This document shows positions 55,132 to 63,309 of a stretch of 64,000 nucleotides of DNA, one piece after another. Position 1 is the stretch's first letter. Each line of letters begins with the position of its first letter. The DNA comes from an uncultured Candidatus Saccharibacteria bacterium (lineage in GTDB: Bacteria > Patescibacteriota > Minisyncoccia > Minisyncoccales > CG1-02-41-26), in assembly GCA_964562675.1 (NCBI GenBank), contig CAZLUG010000002.1:5852-69851 (forward strand), given 5' to 3'. The position numbers were made by a program, and so were the translations under genes. The notes below the pieces were generated by a model. It had not been told where the DNA came from and did no database searches. It saw only the letters and a program-made list of their open reading frames with translations.

Positions 55132-56277
55132 ATGGATAGTTTAAGTGTTAATTTATTTACATCATCGTGTTTTATAACTGGTTTCTTGGCAATAGGATTA
55201 GGTGTTTTTGTTCTCTCAAAGGGGTATAGAAAAAAAACGCATCGTGCGTGGTTTTTATTAAGTTTAGCTATATTTATATGGTCAATAGCCCTGGGTGGAA
55301 CGACGATTGCTAAAAACAAGGAAATTGCCTTATTTTGGCAAAGAATATTATATATAGGAACTATTTTATTGCCCGTTTTGTTCCTAGATTTTTGTTCGTT
55401 TTTTACAAAGGTTTCTCATGGCATAAAGCGAATATTATGGATAGGTTCTATTTTAACAGCCATTTTTTTAATTTCTGTCTTCACAAAATTTTTTATAGCA
55501 GGAATAGAACCGAGAACTAGTTTTGGTTACTGGCCTATAAAAACTGGGGTTTTATACCCTTTGTTTTTAGCGTTCTTCGCGTTTTATATTAGTTATTCAT
55601 TTATCCTCTTGAAAAAAGTTTATAATCAATCTTATGGAATTAAAAAGCGGCAAATATCATTTTTATATTATGGAGCTCTTATTGGTTTTATTGGTGGTTC
55701 AACTAATTTTCTATTAGATTTTGATATCAAAAATTTTTACCCTTTTGGAAATTTCTTTATCGCATTATACGTTGTAATCGTAACTTATGCGATGTTCAAA
55801 TATCATTTAATGGAAATTAAACTCATAGCTACTCAATTGTCTGTTGGACTAGTAGCTATTATTCTTTTCGTAGATATTTTATTATCAAACTCACTAATTA
55901 TTTTTTGGCTAAAGATAGGTATATTTTTTGGATTTCTTTACCTTGGCTATTTATTAATTAAAAGCGTTTTAAACGAAACAAACCAAAGACAAAGAATAGC
56001 GAAAATGGCAAAGGAACTAGCGGAAAATAATGATTCTCTCAAAGAACTTAACGGGACACTTGATGAAAAGGTGAAAGAAAGAACGGAAGAGTTGGAAAAA
56101 AGCAGAGCAACACTTGAAAAAACTAATAAGGATTTAGGAAAGAGCACAAAGGAAATAGAAGATAAGGAAAAAGAACTCGAAAAATGGTATAATCTAACTG
56201 TCGGTCGGGAATTAAAAATGATAGAGTTAAAAAAGAAAATTGAGGAATTGAAAGGAAAAGATCAAGTTTACAGATAA
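55132..56277 (+). CDS. multi-pass membrane sensor-domain protein with C-terminal coiled coil (kinase-less paralog of the downstream histidine kinase N-terminus)
   Basis: About 7 TM segments. Blocks are shared with the 57818 protein: WSIALGG/WALAVGL, YAMFKYHLMEIKLIATQLSVGLVAIILFV/YAITKHHLFNIKVILTELFVGLISFFLLV and FLYLGYLLIKSV/FLYLGYSLIKSV. The C-terminal ~110 aa is a K/E-rich coiled coil with no HisKA/HATPase. Confidence 0.6.
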   Translation: MDSLSVNLFTSSCFITGFLAIGLGVFVLSKGYRKKTHRAWFLLSLAIFIWSIALGGTTIAKNKEIALFWQRILYIGTILLPVLFLDFCSFFTKVSHGIKRILWIGSILTAIFLISVFTKFFIAGIEPRTSFGYWPIKTGVLYPLFLAFFAFYISYSFILLKKVYNQSYGIKKRQISFLYYGALIGFIGGSTNFLLDFDIKNFYPFGNFFIALYVVIVTYAMFKYHLMEIKLIATQLSVGLVAIILFVDILLSNSLIIFWLKIGIFFGFLYLGYLLIKSVLNETNQRQRIAKMAKELAENNDSLKELNGTLDEKVKERTEELEKSRATLEKTNKDLGKSTKEIEDKEKELEKWYNLTVGRELKMIELKKKIEELKGKDQVYR

Positions 56278-56280
56278 ATT

Positions 56281-56976
56281 ATGCAGAAATCAAAATTCTG
56301 GGAAAAATACTTTAGGGTTTATGATGTTTTGAATTTCTTTATTCCGTACCAAGAATTATTGGATAAAATCTGTGAGGTTTTAGAAATTCAACCGGGAGAA
56401 AGAGTGCTAGACGCAGGTTGTGGTACAGGAAACTTAGCTATTAAAATGGACAGAAGGGGGGGGCGAGTAATTGGTCTAGATAATTGTGAAGAAGCATTAA
56501 AAACCTTTAGAAAAAAAAATCCTTCTATTAAATTGATATTTGCTGATTTAACACAAAAATTTCCTTTCCCGGATAATTATTTTGACAAAATTGCTTCTAA
56601 TAACGTGCTTTATACTATCCAAAGCGAAAAACTTAAATTAGTTCTAAAGGAGTTATTTCGTGTATTAAAACCGAATGGGAAATTGGCAATATCTAATCCT
56701 AAAAAAAATTGGAGTGCGTTTAAAATTTATAGTTATGGCTTTAAAAAAAGTCTTTCTAAAAATGGTTTCCTTTTGACAACCCATCATGTTTTTAAAACAG
56801 TTGTACCTACACTAAAAATTCTTTATTATAACCATTTAATAAGAAAAATGTGGCATTACCATTTTTTTCAACCGGAAGAGCAAAAACAACTTCTTCTCAA
56901 AATTGGATTTAAAGAGGTATCTAATGATATTTTTTTATATGGCAAACAAGTAATTTTAAATGTAGGTACAAAATAA
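56281..56976 (+). CDS. class I SAM-dependent methyltransferase
   Basis: Motif I VLDAGCGTGNLAIKM, motif II-like VIGLDNCEEAL, and post-I LKPNGKLAI. Confidence 0.8.
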   Translation: MQKSKFWEKYFRVYDVLNFFIPYQELLDKICEVLEIQPGERVLDAGCGTGNLAIKMDRRGGRVIGLDNCEEALKTFRKKNPSIKLIFADLTQKFPFPDNYFDKIASNNVLYTIQSEKLKLVLKELFRVLKPNGKLAISNPKKNWSAFKIYSYGFKKSLSKNGFLLTTHHVFKTVVPTLKILYYNHLIRKMWHYHFFQPEEQKQLLLKIGFKEVSNDIFLYGKQVILNVGTK

Positions 56977-57110
56977 AATGTTTTTGTTGTGTCTTTACGA
57001 CAAGAGATTAGAAAACTAACATTCACAGAAAAATCACTTTAGGAAATTACTCAATCCAGAAATGTGCTATGTATACTATCGTCCTAGCAAGAATAAGAAT
57101 TATTTAAATT

Positions 57111-57785
57111 ATGAAATTACTGCTAACAACTAAGATTGACAAAAAAAATGTTTTGAAATTCGGCATTCCAACGAATAAAATAGAAAGAGAGAAAATTTTT
57201 AAATTAAGATATACTGTTTATATCCTAGAAAAAGGTTATCGAGAATCAAAAGCTACTGTTAAGAAACAAGAATATGATAAATATGATCGAAAAGTACGAA
57301 CTCAATACTTTATGGCTTTACTTGGTAAAAAACTGGTGGGGACAATTAGATTAGTAGTGGGAAGACCACTGCCTGTAATGGAAGATTACTTCGAATTTCA
57401 AGAACCCAAAGAAACAAAGAAATTTTCATCTAATCAAATAGCTGAAATAAGCCGGGCAATTTCGCGACCTAGAGGCGCTGCCCTTCCTCGTCACATAGTC
57501 TCCCTCGGGCTATTTTTCTGTCTCTTGCAGTGGAGCTCTAAACATAATATCAAAGTTGAATACGAAGTAGTTAAGAAGGATTTAGCAATAAAATTAAAAA
57601 AAATTAATTTACCCCTTCATAAAATTAAAAATTTTTCTCTAAAAAACACCCCCTTAACTCGTGAATATTCTGGTTATTTTAAAAAAAACACAAATAATCT
57701 TTTCATTTTTTACTTTTTCACCAGAAAAGTACAAAATCAATTAGAGAAAATTCTTTCCAAAATGCAATATCTGAAAATTACTTAG
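57111..57785 (+). CDS. LuxI-family (autoinducer synthase / N-acyl amino acid synthase-like) GNAT-fold acyltransferase
   Basis: The LuxI signature is aligned against V. fischeri LuxI recalled from memory (not database-verified): LRYTVY..EKGY (LRYQVF..LEW), EYDKYD (ESDEYD), YFMALLGKKLVGTIRLV (YIYACDD..VSGCWRLL) and EISRAIS (ELSRFAV). Confidence 0.6.
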   Translation: MKLLLTTKIDKKNVLKFGIPTNKIEREKIFKLRYTVYILEKGYRESKATVKKQEYDKYDRKVRTQYFMALLGKKLVGTIRLVVGRPLPVMEDYFEFQEPKETKKFSSNQIAEISRAISRPRGAALPRHIVSLGLFFCLLQWSSKHNIKVEYEVVKKDLAIKLKKINLPLHKIKNFSLKNTPLTREYSGYFKKNTNNLFIFYFFTRKVQNQLEKILSKMQYLKIT

Positions 57786-57817
57786 ATGTCTAAAAAAATT
57801 TATCCCTTGTAATAAAT

Positions 57818-59482
57818 TTGACTCTTGTTAAAACAACTATGGAAATTGGGGCTTTAATTTCGATTATTGTAAGTTTAATCAACTTCTTTTTTGGGTTATT
57901 CATCCTGATAAAAAACTCTAAAGATTTATCAAGTAAGCTTTATTTTATTTTATCTACCTCAGCTTCTATTTGGGCATTAGCCGTTGGATTAGGCAGAATA
58001 TCTCAATCTTTCCCTACCTTACTATTATGGGAAAAAATCTCTTACATAGGGGGAATTGGGACGGCTCTTTTCTTTTTCTACTTTTCTATTGTTTTCCCTT
58101 TCTTTAGCTTCTTTCGGATTCGCAAAAAGAATAATCTAGCTCTTTCTGTTTTAGTATTGCCTCTCATTCTTTTCGTTTTTTTGTTAAAAATAATTATTTT
58201 CAACTTTGATACCTTCGTACAAAATGTGGCATTTGCGAGTTCCTCTAAATACGTAATCGCCAGTATCATATTCAAGTTCGGTAAAAATTATACTCTCTAC
58301 GTTCTATTTATTCCTGTCCTATTCGGGTTAGCATTAATTAATCTATTCCTTAAATATAAAAAAGCTACCCATACTGAAAAAGCACAAATATTTTTTGTTA
58401 TCTTAGGAACTTCAATTTCTTTGTTTTCAGCAATATTTTTAAACCTTATACCTAGAAGGAACATTCTTGAGTATAATTATCTTGCTCCAAGTTTCATATT
58501 AGCAACTGTTATATCTATCGCTTATGCCATTACAAAACACCATCTCTTTAATATTAAGGTTATTCTTACAGAATTATTTGTTGGATTGATTTCATTCTTT
58601 CTACTTGTAAAAGTATTCATAGGACAAAATACTACCGAGCGATTACTTTGGTTACTCATTACTATCATTTTTCTTTATCTTGGTTATTCATTAATCAAAA
58701 GTGTCTGGAGAGAAATAAAAAGGCGGAAGAAATTAGAAATTTTAACACACCAACTAGAAAAAGCTAATGCGGAATTAAAACGGATAGACAAATCTAAAAC
58801 AGAGTTTTTGTCTATGGCCTCTCACCAATTAAGAACACCTCTCACCGCTATCAAGGGATATATTTCAATGTCTTTAGAGGGGGATTACGGTCAACTCTCT
58901 GAAAGAGAGAAACGAGTTCTAAAAAACGTTTACCAATCAAATGAAAGGTTAATCAATATCGTAAACGATTTATTAAATATTTCACGAATTGATTTGGGGA
59001 AAATGGAGCTTAAGAAAGCACCAGTTCGAATCAATAAACTTATAGAAAGTATTTCTCAAGAATTTCAGGAAAAATTTAAAGAAAAAAATCTGAAATTTAT
59101 ATTCCAAAAATCTAAAGAACCTTTGCCAGAAATTGAAGCTGATGCTCTAAAAATTTCTCAAGTGATATCTAATCTTTTAGACAACGCTTTGAAATATACA
59201 CGTAAAGGTTCTATTGTGATTGCTTCTAAATTTGACCCGCTGAAAAAGATTATTTTGATATCTGTTCAAGATACTGGCGAAGGGTTAAATAAAGAAGAAA
59301 AAGGGAAAATATTTGAGAGTTTTGTGAGAGGGTCAGCTGGAATTAATGACTGGGTACAAGGAGTTGGGTTGGGGCTTTGTGTGGCAAAACGTTATGTAGA
59401 ACTTCACCACGGAAAGATTTGGGTAGAATCTGCCGGGAAGGGGAGAGGCGCTACTTTCTATGTTGCACTACCGGTAAAATAA
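57818..59482 (+). CDS. sensor histidine kinase with N-terminal 7TM-type sensor domain
   Basis: ~7 TM segments, then a coiled-coil linker. HisKA is EFLSMASHQLRTPLTAIKGY. HATPase_c has N-box NLLDNALKYT, G1 DTGEGL and G2 GVGLGL. TTG start at 57818; ATG at 57839 is possible. No response regulator is in the window. Confidence 0.85.
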   Translation: MTLVKTTMEIGALISIIVSLINFFFGLFILIKNSKDLSSKLYFILSTSASIWALAVGLGRISQSFPTLLLWEKISYIGGIGTALFFFYFSIVFPFFSFFRIRKKNNLALSVLVLPLILFVFLLKIIIFNFDTFVQNVAFASSSKYVIASIIFKFGKNYTLYVLFIPVLFGLALINLFLKYKKATHTEKAQIFFVILGTSISLFSAIFLNLIPRRNILEYNYLAPSFILATVISIAYAITKHHLFNIKVILTELFVGLISFFLLVKVFIGQNTTERLLWLLITIIFLYLGYSLIKSVWREIKRRKKLEILTHQLEKANAELKRIDKSKTEFLSMASHQLRTPLTAIKGYISMSLEGDYGQLSEREKRVLKNVYQSNERLINIVNDLLNISRIDLGKMELKKAPVRINKLIESISQEFQEKFKEKNLKFIFQKSKEPLPEIEADALKISQVISNLLDNALKYTRKGSIVIASKFDPLKKIILISVQDTGEGLNKEEKGKIFESFVRGSAGINDWVQGVGLGLCVAKRYVELHHGKIWVESAGKGRGATFYVALPVK

Positions 59483-59575
59483 TACCTTACTCTCTTACGA
59501 AATTTTATCTAACTACTCTTAAAGAATACCTAATGAGAAGTGTCATTTTTTTCTGGGTATAAGCATTTATTATTA

Positions 59576-59609
59576 CTGAAAGGTATCCGCCATTTCAGTT
59601 TTGTTTTTT
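59576..59609 (+). terminator. candidate rho-independent terminator after the histidine kinase gene
   Basis: CTGAAA-(11 nt loop)-TTTCAG stem followed by TTTTGTTTTTT. The stem is only 6 bp. Confidence 0.35.
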
Positions 59610-59639
59610 ATGTTGGTTCTATAATAGTATAAAGTTATT

Positions 59640-60161
59640 ATGTATCTTTTAATTCTGTATCTCTCAATTTTAGGACTAACTATACTATTACTCTCCGGCG
59701 CTCTTTTTGATGCCCCCTGGGTTCCAACTAGAAAAAGAGATTTTGAGCGAATAGCAAAATTAGCAAAATTGCAACCAGGAATATCATTTTATGATTTGGG
59801 TTGCGGCACGGGAGAAATGCTATTTTATTTGTCTTCTAAGTACAAAGTAAATTGTGTAGGCGTGGAAATATCGCCAATTTTATATTTGTATTCAAAAATA
59901 AAATCGCTGTTTTATAAAAGAGTAAAAATCATATACGGCGATTTTTATCAACATAACATATCAAAAGCTGACATTGTATATGCTTTTTTAATGCCTAAAT
60001 CTATGGATAAGCTAAAGAGAAAAATTAAGAAAGAATCAAAAAAAGATGCAAGAATTATAATATCATGTTGGTCGCTTCAAGGTTACAATCCAACGTTAAT
60101 AAGCCAAAAAAATAATAGGATGACATATTATCTATATGGAAAATCCGCTCTATTAAAATAG
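59640..60161 (+). CDS. membrane-anchored small class I SAM-dependent methyltransferase (CbiT-like), paralog 2
   Basis: N-terminal TM LLILYLSILGLTILLLSGALF. Then DAPWVPTRKRDFERIAKLAKLQPGISFYDLGCGTGEMLF, the same architecture as the 54134 gene. Confidence 0.75.
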   Translation: MYLLILYLSILGLTILLLSGALFDAPWVPTRKRDFERIAKLAKLQPGISFYDLGCGTGEMLFYLSSKYKVNCVGVEISPILYLYSKIKSLFYKRVKIIYGDFYQHNISKADIVYAFLMPKSMDKLKRKIKKESKKDARIIISCWSLQGYNPTLISQKNNRMTYYLYGKSALLK

Positions 60162-60254
60162 GGCGGATTAGCGTATGGGAAATATGTTTCTTTATTCCCG
60201 ATTGTTTTGCTGTCCTTGCAACTTACACACATCCTTCTGGCAGAGTCTGCTTAG

Positions 60255-60283
60255 AGTCTATCGAAGTTAAACTTCGATAGACT
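60255..60283 (+). terminator. perfect 12-bp hairpin (AGTCTATCGAAG-TTAAA-CTTCGATAGACT) followed by TCTTTAATGTTT
   Basis: Seen directly, ~95 nt downstream of the methyltransferase stop. It could be a terminator or a protein-binding palindrome. Confidence 0.35.
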
Positions 60284-60506
60284 TCTTTAATGTTTAATGC
60301 AAAGATAGTATTCTCTCTAAACCAAGACTACCAGTGGCAAAAACCGCTATATATGTGTAAACATTACCTAAAGCATTTGGCAAGAACTAAAAAATTACTT
60401 ATAATAAAAGGAGCGACAGTGAATTTAAAGATTATTTTTTTAAGAGCAATTATTGATAAATTAGTTCCAAAACGCCTTTAACCTTAGAAGATTTCTTTAT
60501 GAATCA

Positions 60507-61169
60507 ATGGGGAATAAAACTAAAAAATTAATCATTCTCGTCAGTCTTTTTAAAAGCAGGATGGGAGCTGTTAAAGATTTATTAGTTTTGTTGGGAAAAG
60601 GGGTAAGAGTAAGAGAGATAGATAAAGAATATCAAGAGAAAAAACTTTTTGGGCCATGGGGATTAGAGGAATTAGCCAAATTATATAAGGGTTTTCCTAA
60701 AGATAAATTACAAACGGCGGCTTTGTATTATTGCCGAAAAAACTTATTGGATGGGCTAAGGGAGCTTGCCGTTAATCTGAAGAAAAAAGGGTTTATTCTC
60801 GGCATTTTAAGCTCAAATCCTCAGTTCATCATTGATTCTCTAAGAAGATTTCTGCCAGTGGATTTTGCTTTTGGCACCCAGTTAGATTTTTGCCAGGGAA
60901 TAGCAAATGGGAAAATTAAAAGAGAACTTAATATGTATGAGAAAAGTGAAATTTTAAGGCGAGAAGAGGAAAAATACAGCATAACCTCGCAGAATGTTAT
61001 GGTTATAGGCCGAGCAACCATAAATCATCTTTTGATGGCAGAAGAAGCAGGAAAATTTATTGGCTTTAATCCGGAAACAGAAAATCTCACTAAAATTATT
61101 AATGCAAACCAAGAAATCAAAAAGTTCTTACTCTTGAAAAATTCATCCCATTTTCCTCAACTTCGTTAA
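60507..61169 (+). CDS. HAD-like fold protein with degenerate motif I
   Basis: C-terminal HAD motifs are GILSSNPQFI and MVIGRATINHLLMAEEAGKFIGFNP (D/K region). The N-terminal DxD nucleophile motif is not recognisable. Confidence 0.45.
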   Translation: MGNKTKKLIILVSLFKSRMGAVKDLLVLLGKGVRVREIDKEYQEKKLFGPWGLEELAKLYKGFPKDKLQTAALYYCRKNLLDGLRELAVNLKKKGFILGILSSNPQFIIDSLRRFLPVDFAFGTQLDFCQGIANGKIKRELNMYEKSEILRREEEKYSITSQNVMVIGRATINHLLMAEEAGKFIGFNPETENLTKIINANQEIKKFLLLKNSSHFPQLR

Positions 61170-61255
61170 CACTCAATCGAAGCAACGAGGATAGATCGCT
61201 GCCGTAGCAGTGATTTATTATTACTATTTGAGATTTAAGAGAGGAAAAAGAGTTT

Positions 61256-61876
61256 ATGCAAAATCAAACTAAGAGACTATTCATTGCTGTTAATTTTCAA
61301 AACAAGATTAAGTCAGCTCTAAAAAACCGCCAGCAGGCAATTGAAAGTCTCTTTCCGGAAGAATTAATATCGGCAGGCTTAATTCGTTGGACGAAAATAG
61401 AAAATCTTCATCTGACTTTATGTTTTATTGGCTATGTCAAAATACAATTTATTCCCAAAATAGTATCTGTTGTAAACAATGTAGCCAGCCAATTTTCTCC
61501 TTTTTACCTACAATTTAAAGAAATTCAATATGGACCGCTAAACATTTTGCCTCCGCGAATGATTTGGGCAGATGTAGAACGATCGGAAACCTTATTAAAA
61601 ATTACAGAAAAAATAAAACACCAGCTCGAGGCAATAAATATCCAAAATGAGACAATGCGAAGATTATTTGTTGCTCATGTTACATTGGGAAGGTTAAAGA
61701 GTTGGTTGTGGAGAAGAATTGACGAAGAAGAAAGGCCCAAAATCTCTCAAGAGCTTTCTTTAAGATTTCCGGTAAGGTCAATCGAAATTATGGAAAGTGT
61801 ATTGAAGAGAAAGGGTGCAGAATACAAAATTCTCCAAAGTGCCAGTTTAAACCAAGGGAAGGAAAAAGAAATTTAA
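61256..61876 (+). CDS. thpR: RNA 2',3'-cyclic phosphodiesterase (2H phosphoesterase, LigT/ThpR family)
   Basis: Two H-x-T-x motifs, HLTLCFIG and HVTLGRL, about 80 aa apart. Confidence 0.8.
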   Translation: MQNQTKRLFIAVNFQNKIKSALKNRQQAIESLFPEELISAGLIRWTKIENLHLTLCFIGYVKIQFIPKIVSVVNNVASQFSPFYLQFKEIQYGPLNILPPRMIWADVERSETLLKITEKIKHQLEAINIQNETMRRLFVAHVTLGRLKSWLWRRIDEEERPKISQELSLRFPVRSIEIMESVLKRKGAEYKILQSASLNQGKEKEI

Positions 61877-61893
61877 AGGTTTATATTTCAACC

Positions 61894-63234
61894 ATGAAAG
61901 TCTATTTTATCGGTATTGGAGGTATCGGCACGTCTGCTTTAGCCCAATATTACCTATCCCAAAACTATAAAGTTAGTGGTTCTGATTTAGTTTCTTCAGA
62001 AATTACTAATTTTCTCCAGAAAAAAGGAGTAAAAATATTTATAGGGAAGCATCAATCAAAAAATTTGCCTCGAGATGCTGACTTTGTAATTCACAGCCCC
62101 GCTGTCAACCAAAATAATCCTGAAATTAAAGAAGCTATTAGAATGCAAGCTCGAAACGGAAATCTTCAGATACTAAGTTATCCTGAGGCCCTGGGTAATT
62201 TAACTAAAAAATATTGGACCATAGCTGTAACTGGCACTCATGGGAAAAGCACAACTACCGCCATGATTGCTCTTCTTTTAATAAAAGCTGGTTTAGACCC
62301 TACTGTGATTATCGGAACAAAGCTTAGAGAATTTTCTAATACCAATTTCCGTTTAGGCAAATCAAAGTATTTAGTTATAGAAGCTTGTGAGTACGCAAAA
62401 TCTTTCCTTAATTATTGGCCAAAAATGATTATCTTGACCAATATTGAGAAAGAACACCTTGATTATTATCAGAATTTGAAAAATGAACTTCAAGGTTTCA
62501 AAGAATTTATCAGTCATCTTCAAAAAAATGGAATATTAATAGCAAATAATGATGATTATAATATTAGAAAAATTCTATCTTTGTTTGCTTTAAAAGCAAA
62601 ACCAAAAATTAAATTTTATTCTTATTCTCAAAAAGAGGGAAAAGATTTAAAGAGTATTTTAAAGGTACCTGGAGATCACAATGTATATAATGCTCTGGCA
62701 GCATTAAGTGCCGCAAGAGCATTAAAAATTCCTGATAAGATTTCTTTCCAGGCTCTTTCACAATATCAAGGAAGCTGGCGGCGCTTCGAACAAAAAAAAC
62801 CAAAAAATAAAAAAATTAAAGCAAAGATTATTTCCGATTATGCTCATCATCCAACCGAAATAAAAGCAACACTTAAAGCAGCAAAAGAAAAGTATCCTAC
62901 CCAAAACATCATTTGTTTTTTCCAACCTCATCAATATCAAAGAACTTATTATTTATTTAAAGATTTTGTGAAAGTATTCAAAGAAACCTTAAAAAAACAA
63001 TGGCTTAAGGAACTGTTTATTACTGATATTTACGATGTTGCTGGCCGAGAAAAAAAGACTATTAAACAAGAAATAAATAGCCGAAAACTTGTACAAGCCG
63101 TCCATAGAGCGGAAGCAATTTATTTGCCAAGCCAAAAATTAGAAAAGCGTTTCAAGGAATTCTTACAAAAAAAAGTGGTAATCATCGTTATGGGAGCGGG
63201 TGATATTTACAAGATAGCCGAAAAACTAAAATAA
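61894..63234 (+). CDS. murC: UDP-N-acetylmuramate--L-alanine ligase
   Basis: N-terminal Rossmann YFIGIGGIGTSALAQYY, Mur ligase P-loop AVTGTHGKSTTTAM, and the C-terminal domain. Confidence 0.93.
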   Translation: MKVYFIGIGGIGTSALAQYYLSQNYKVSGSDLVSSEITNFLQKKGVKIFIGKHQSKNLPRDADFVIHSPAVNQNNPEIKEAIRMQARNGNLQILSYPEALGNLTKKYWTIAVTGTHGKSTTTAMIALLLIKAGLDPTVIIGTKLREFSNTNFRLGKSKYLVIEACEYAKSFLNYWPKMIILTNIEKEHLDYYQNLKNELQGFKEFISHLQKNGILIANNDDYNIRKILSLFALKAKPKIKFYSYSQKEGKDLKSILKVPGDHNVYNALAALSAARALKIPDKISFQALSQYQGSWRRFEQKKPKNKKIKAKIISDYAHHPTEIKATLKAAKEKYPTQNIICFFQPHQYQRTYYLFKDFVKVFKETLKKQWLKELFITDIYDVAGREKKTIKQEINSRKLVQAVHRAEAIYLPSQKLEKRFKEFLQKKVVIIVMGAGDIYKIAEKLK

Positions 63235-63309
63235 ACAGAGTTGCAAAATACCCACAATTTTTCTGAGCTTATATTGATTTTACCGAAAAACTTAGCTAAG
63301 ATAGATAAA

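Noticed and set aside
60290-60481. 63-aa + strand ORF between the MTase paralog and the HAD-like gene
   Set aside because: No SD, no domain, A/T-rich basic composition. It could be real but the evidence is insufficient.
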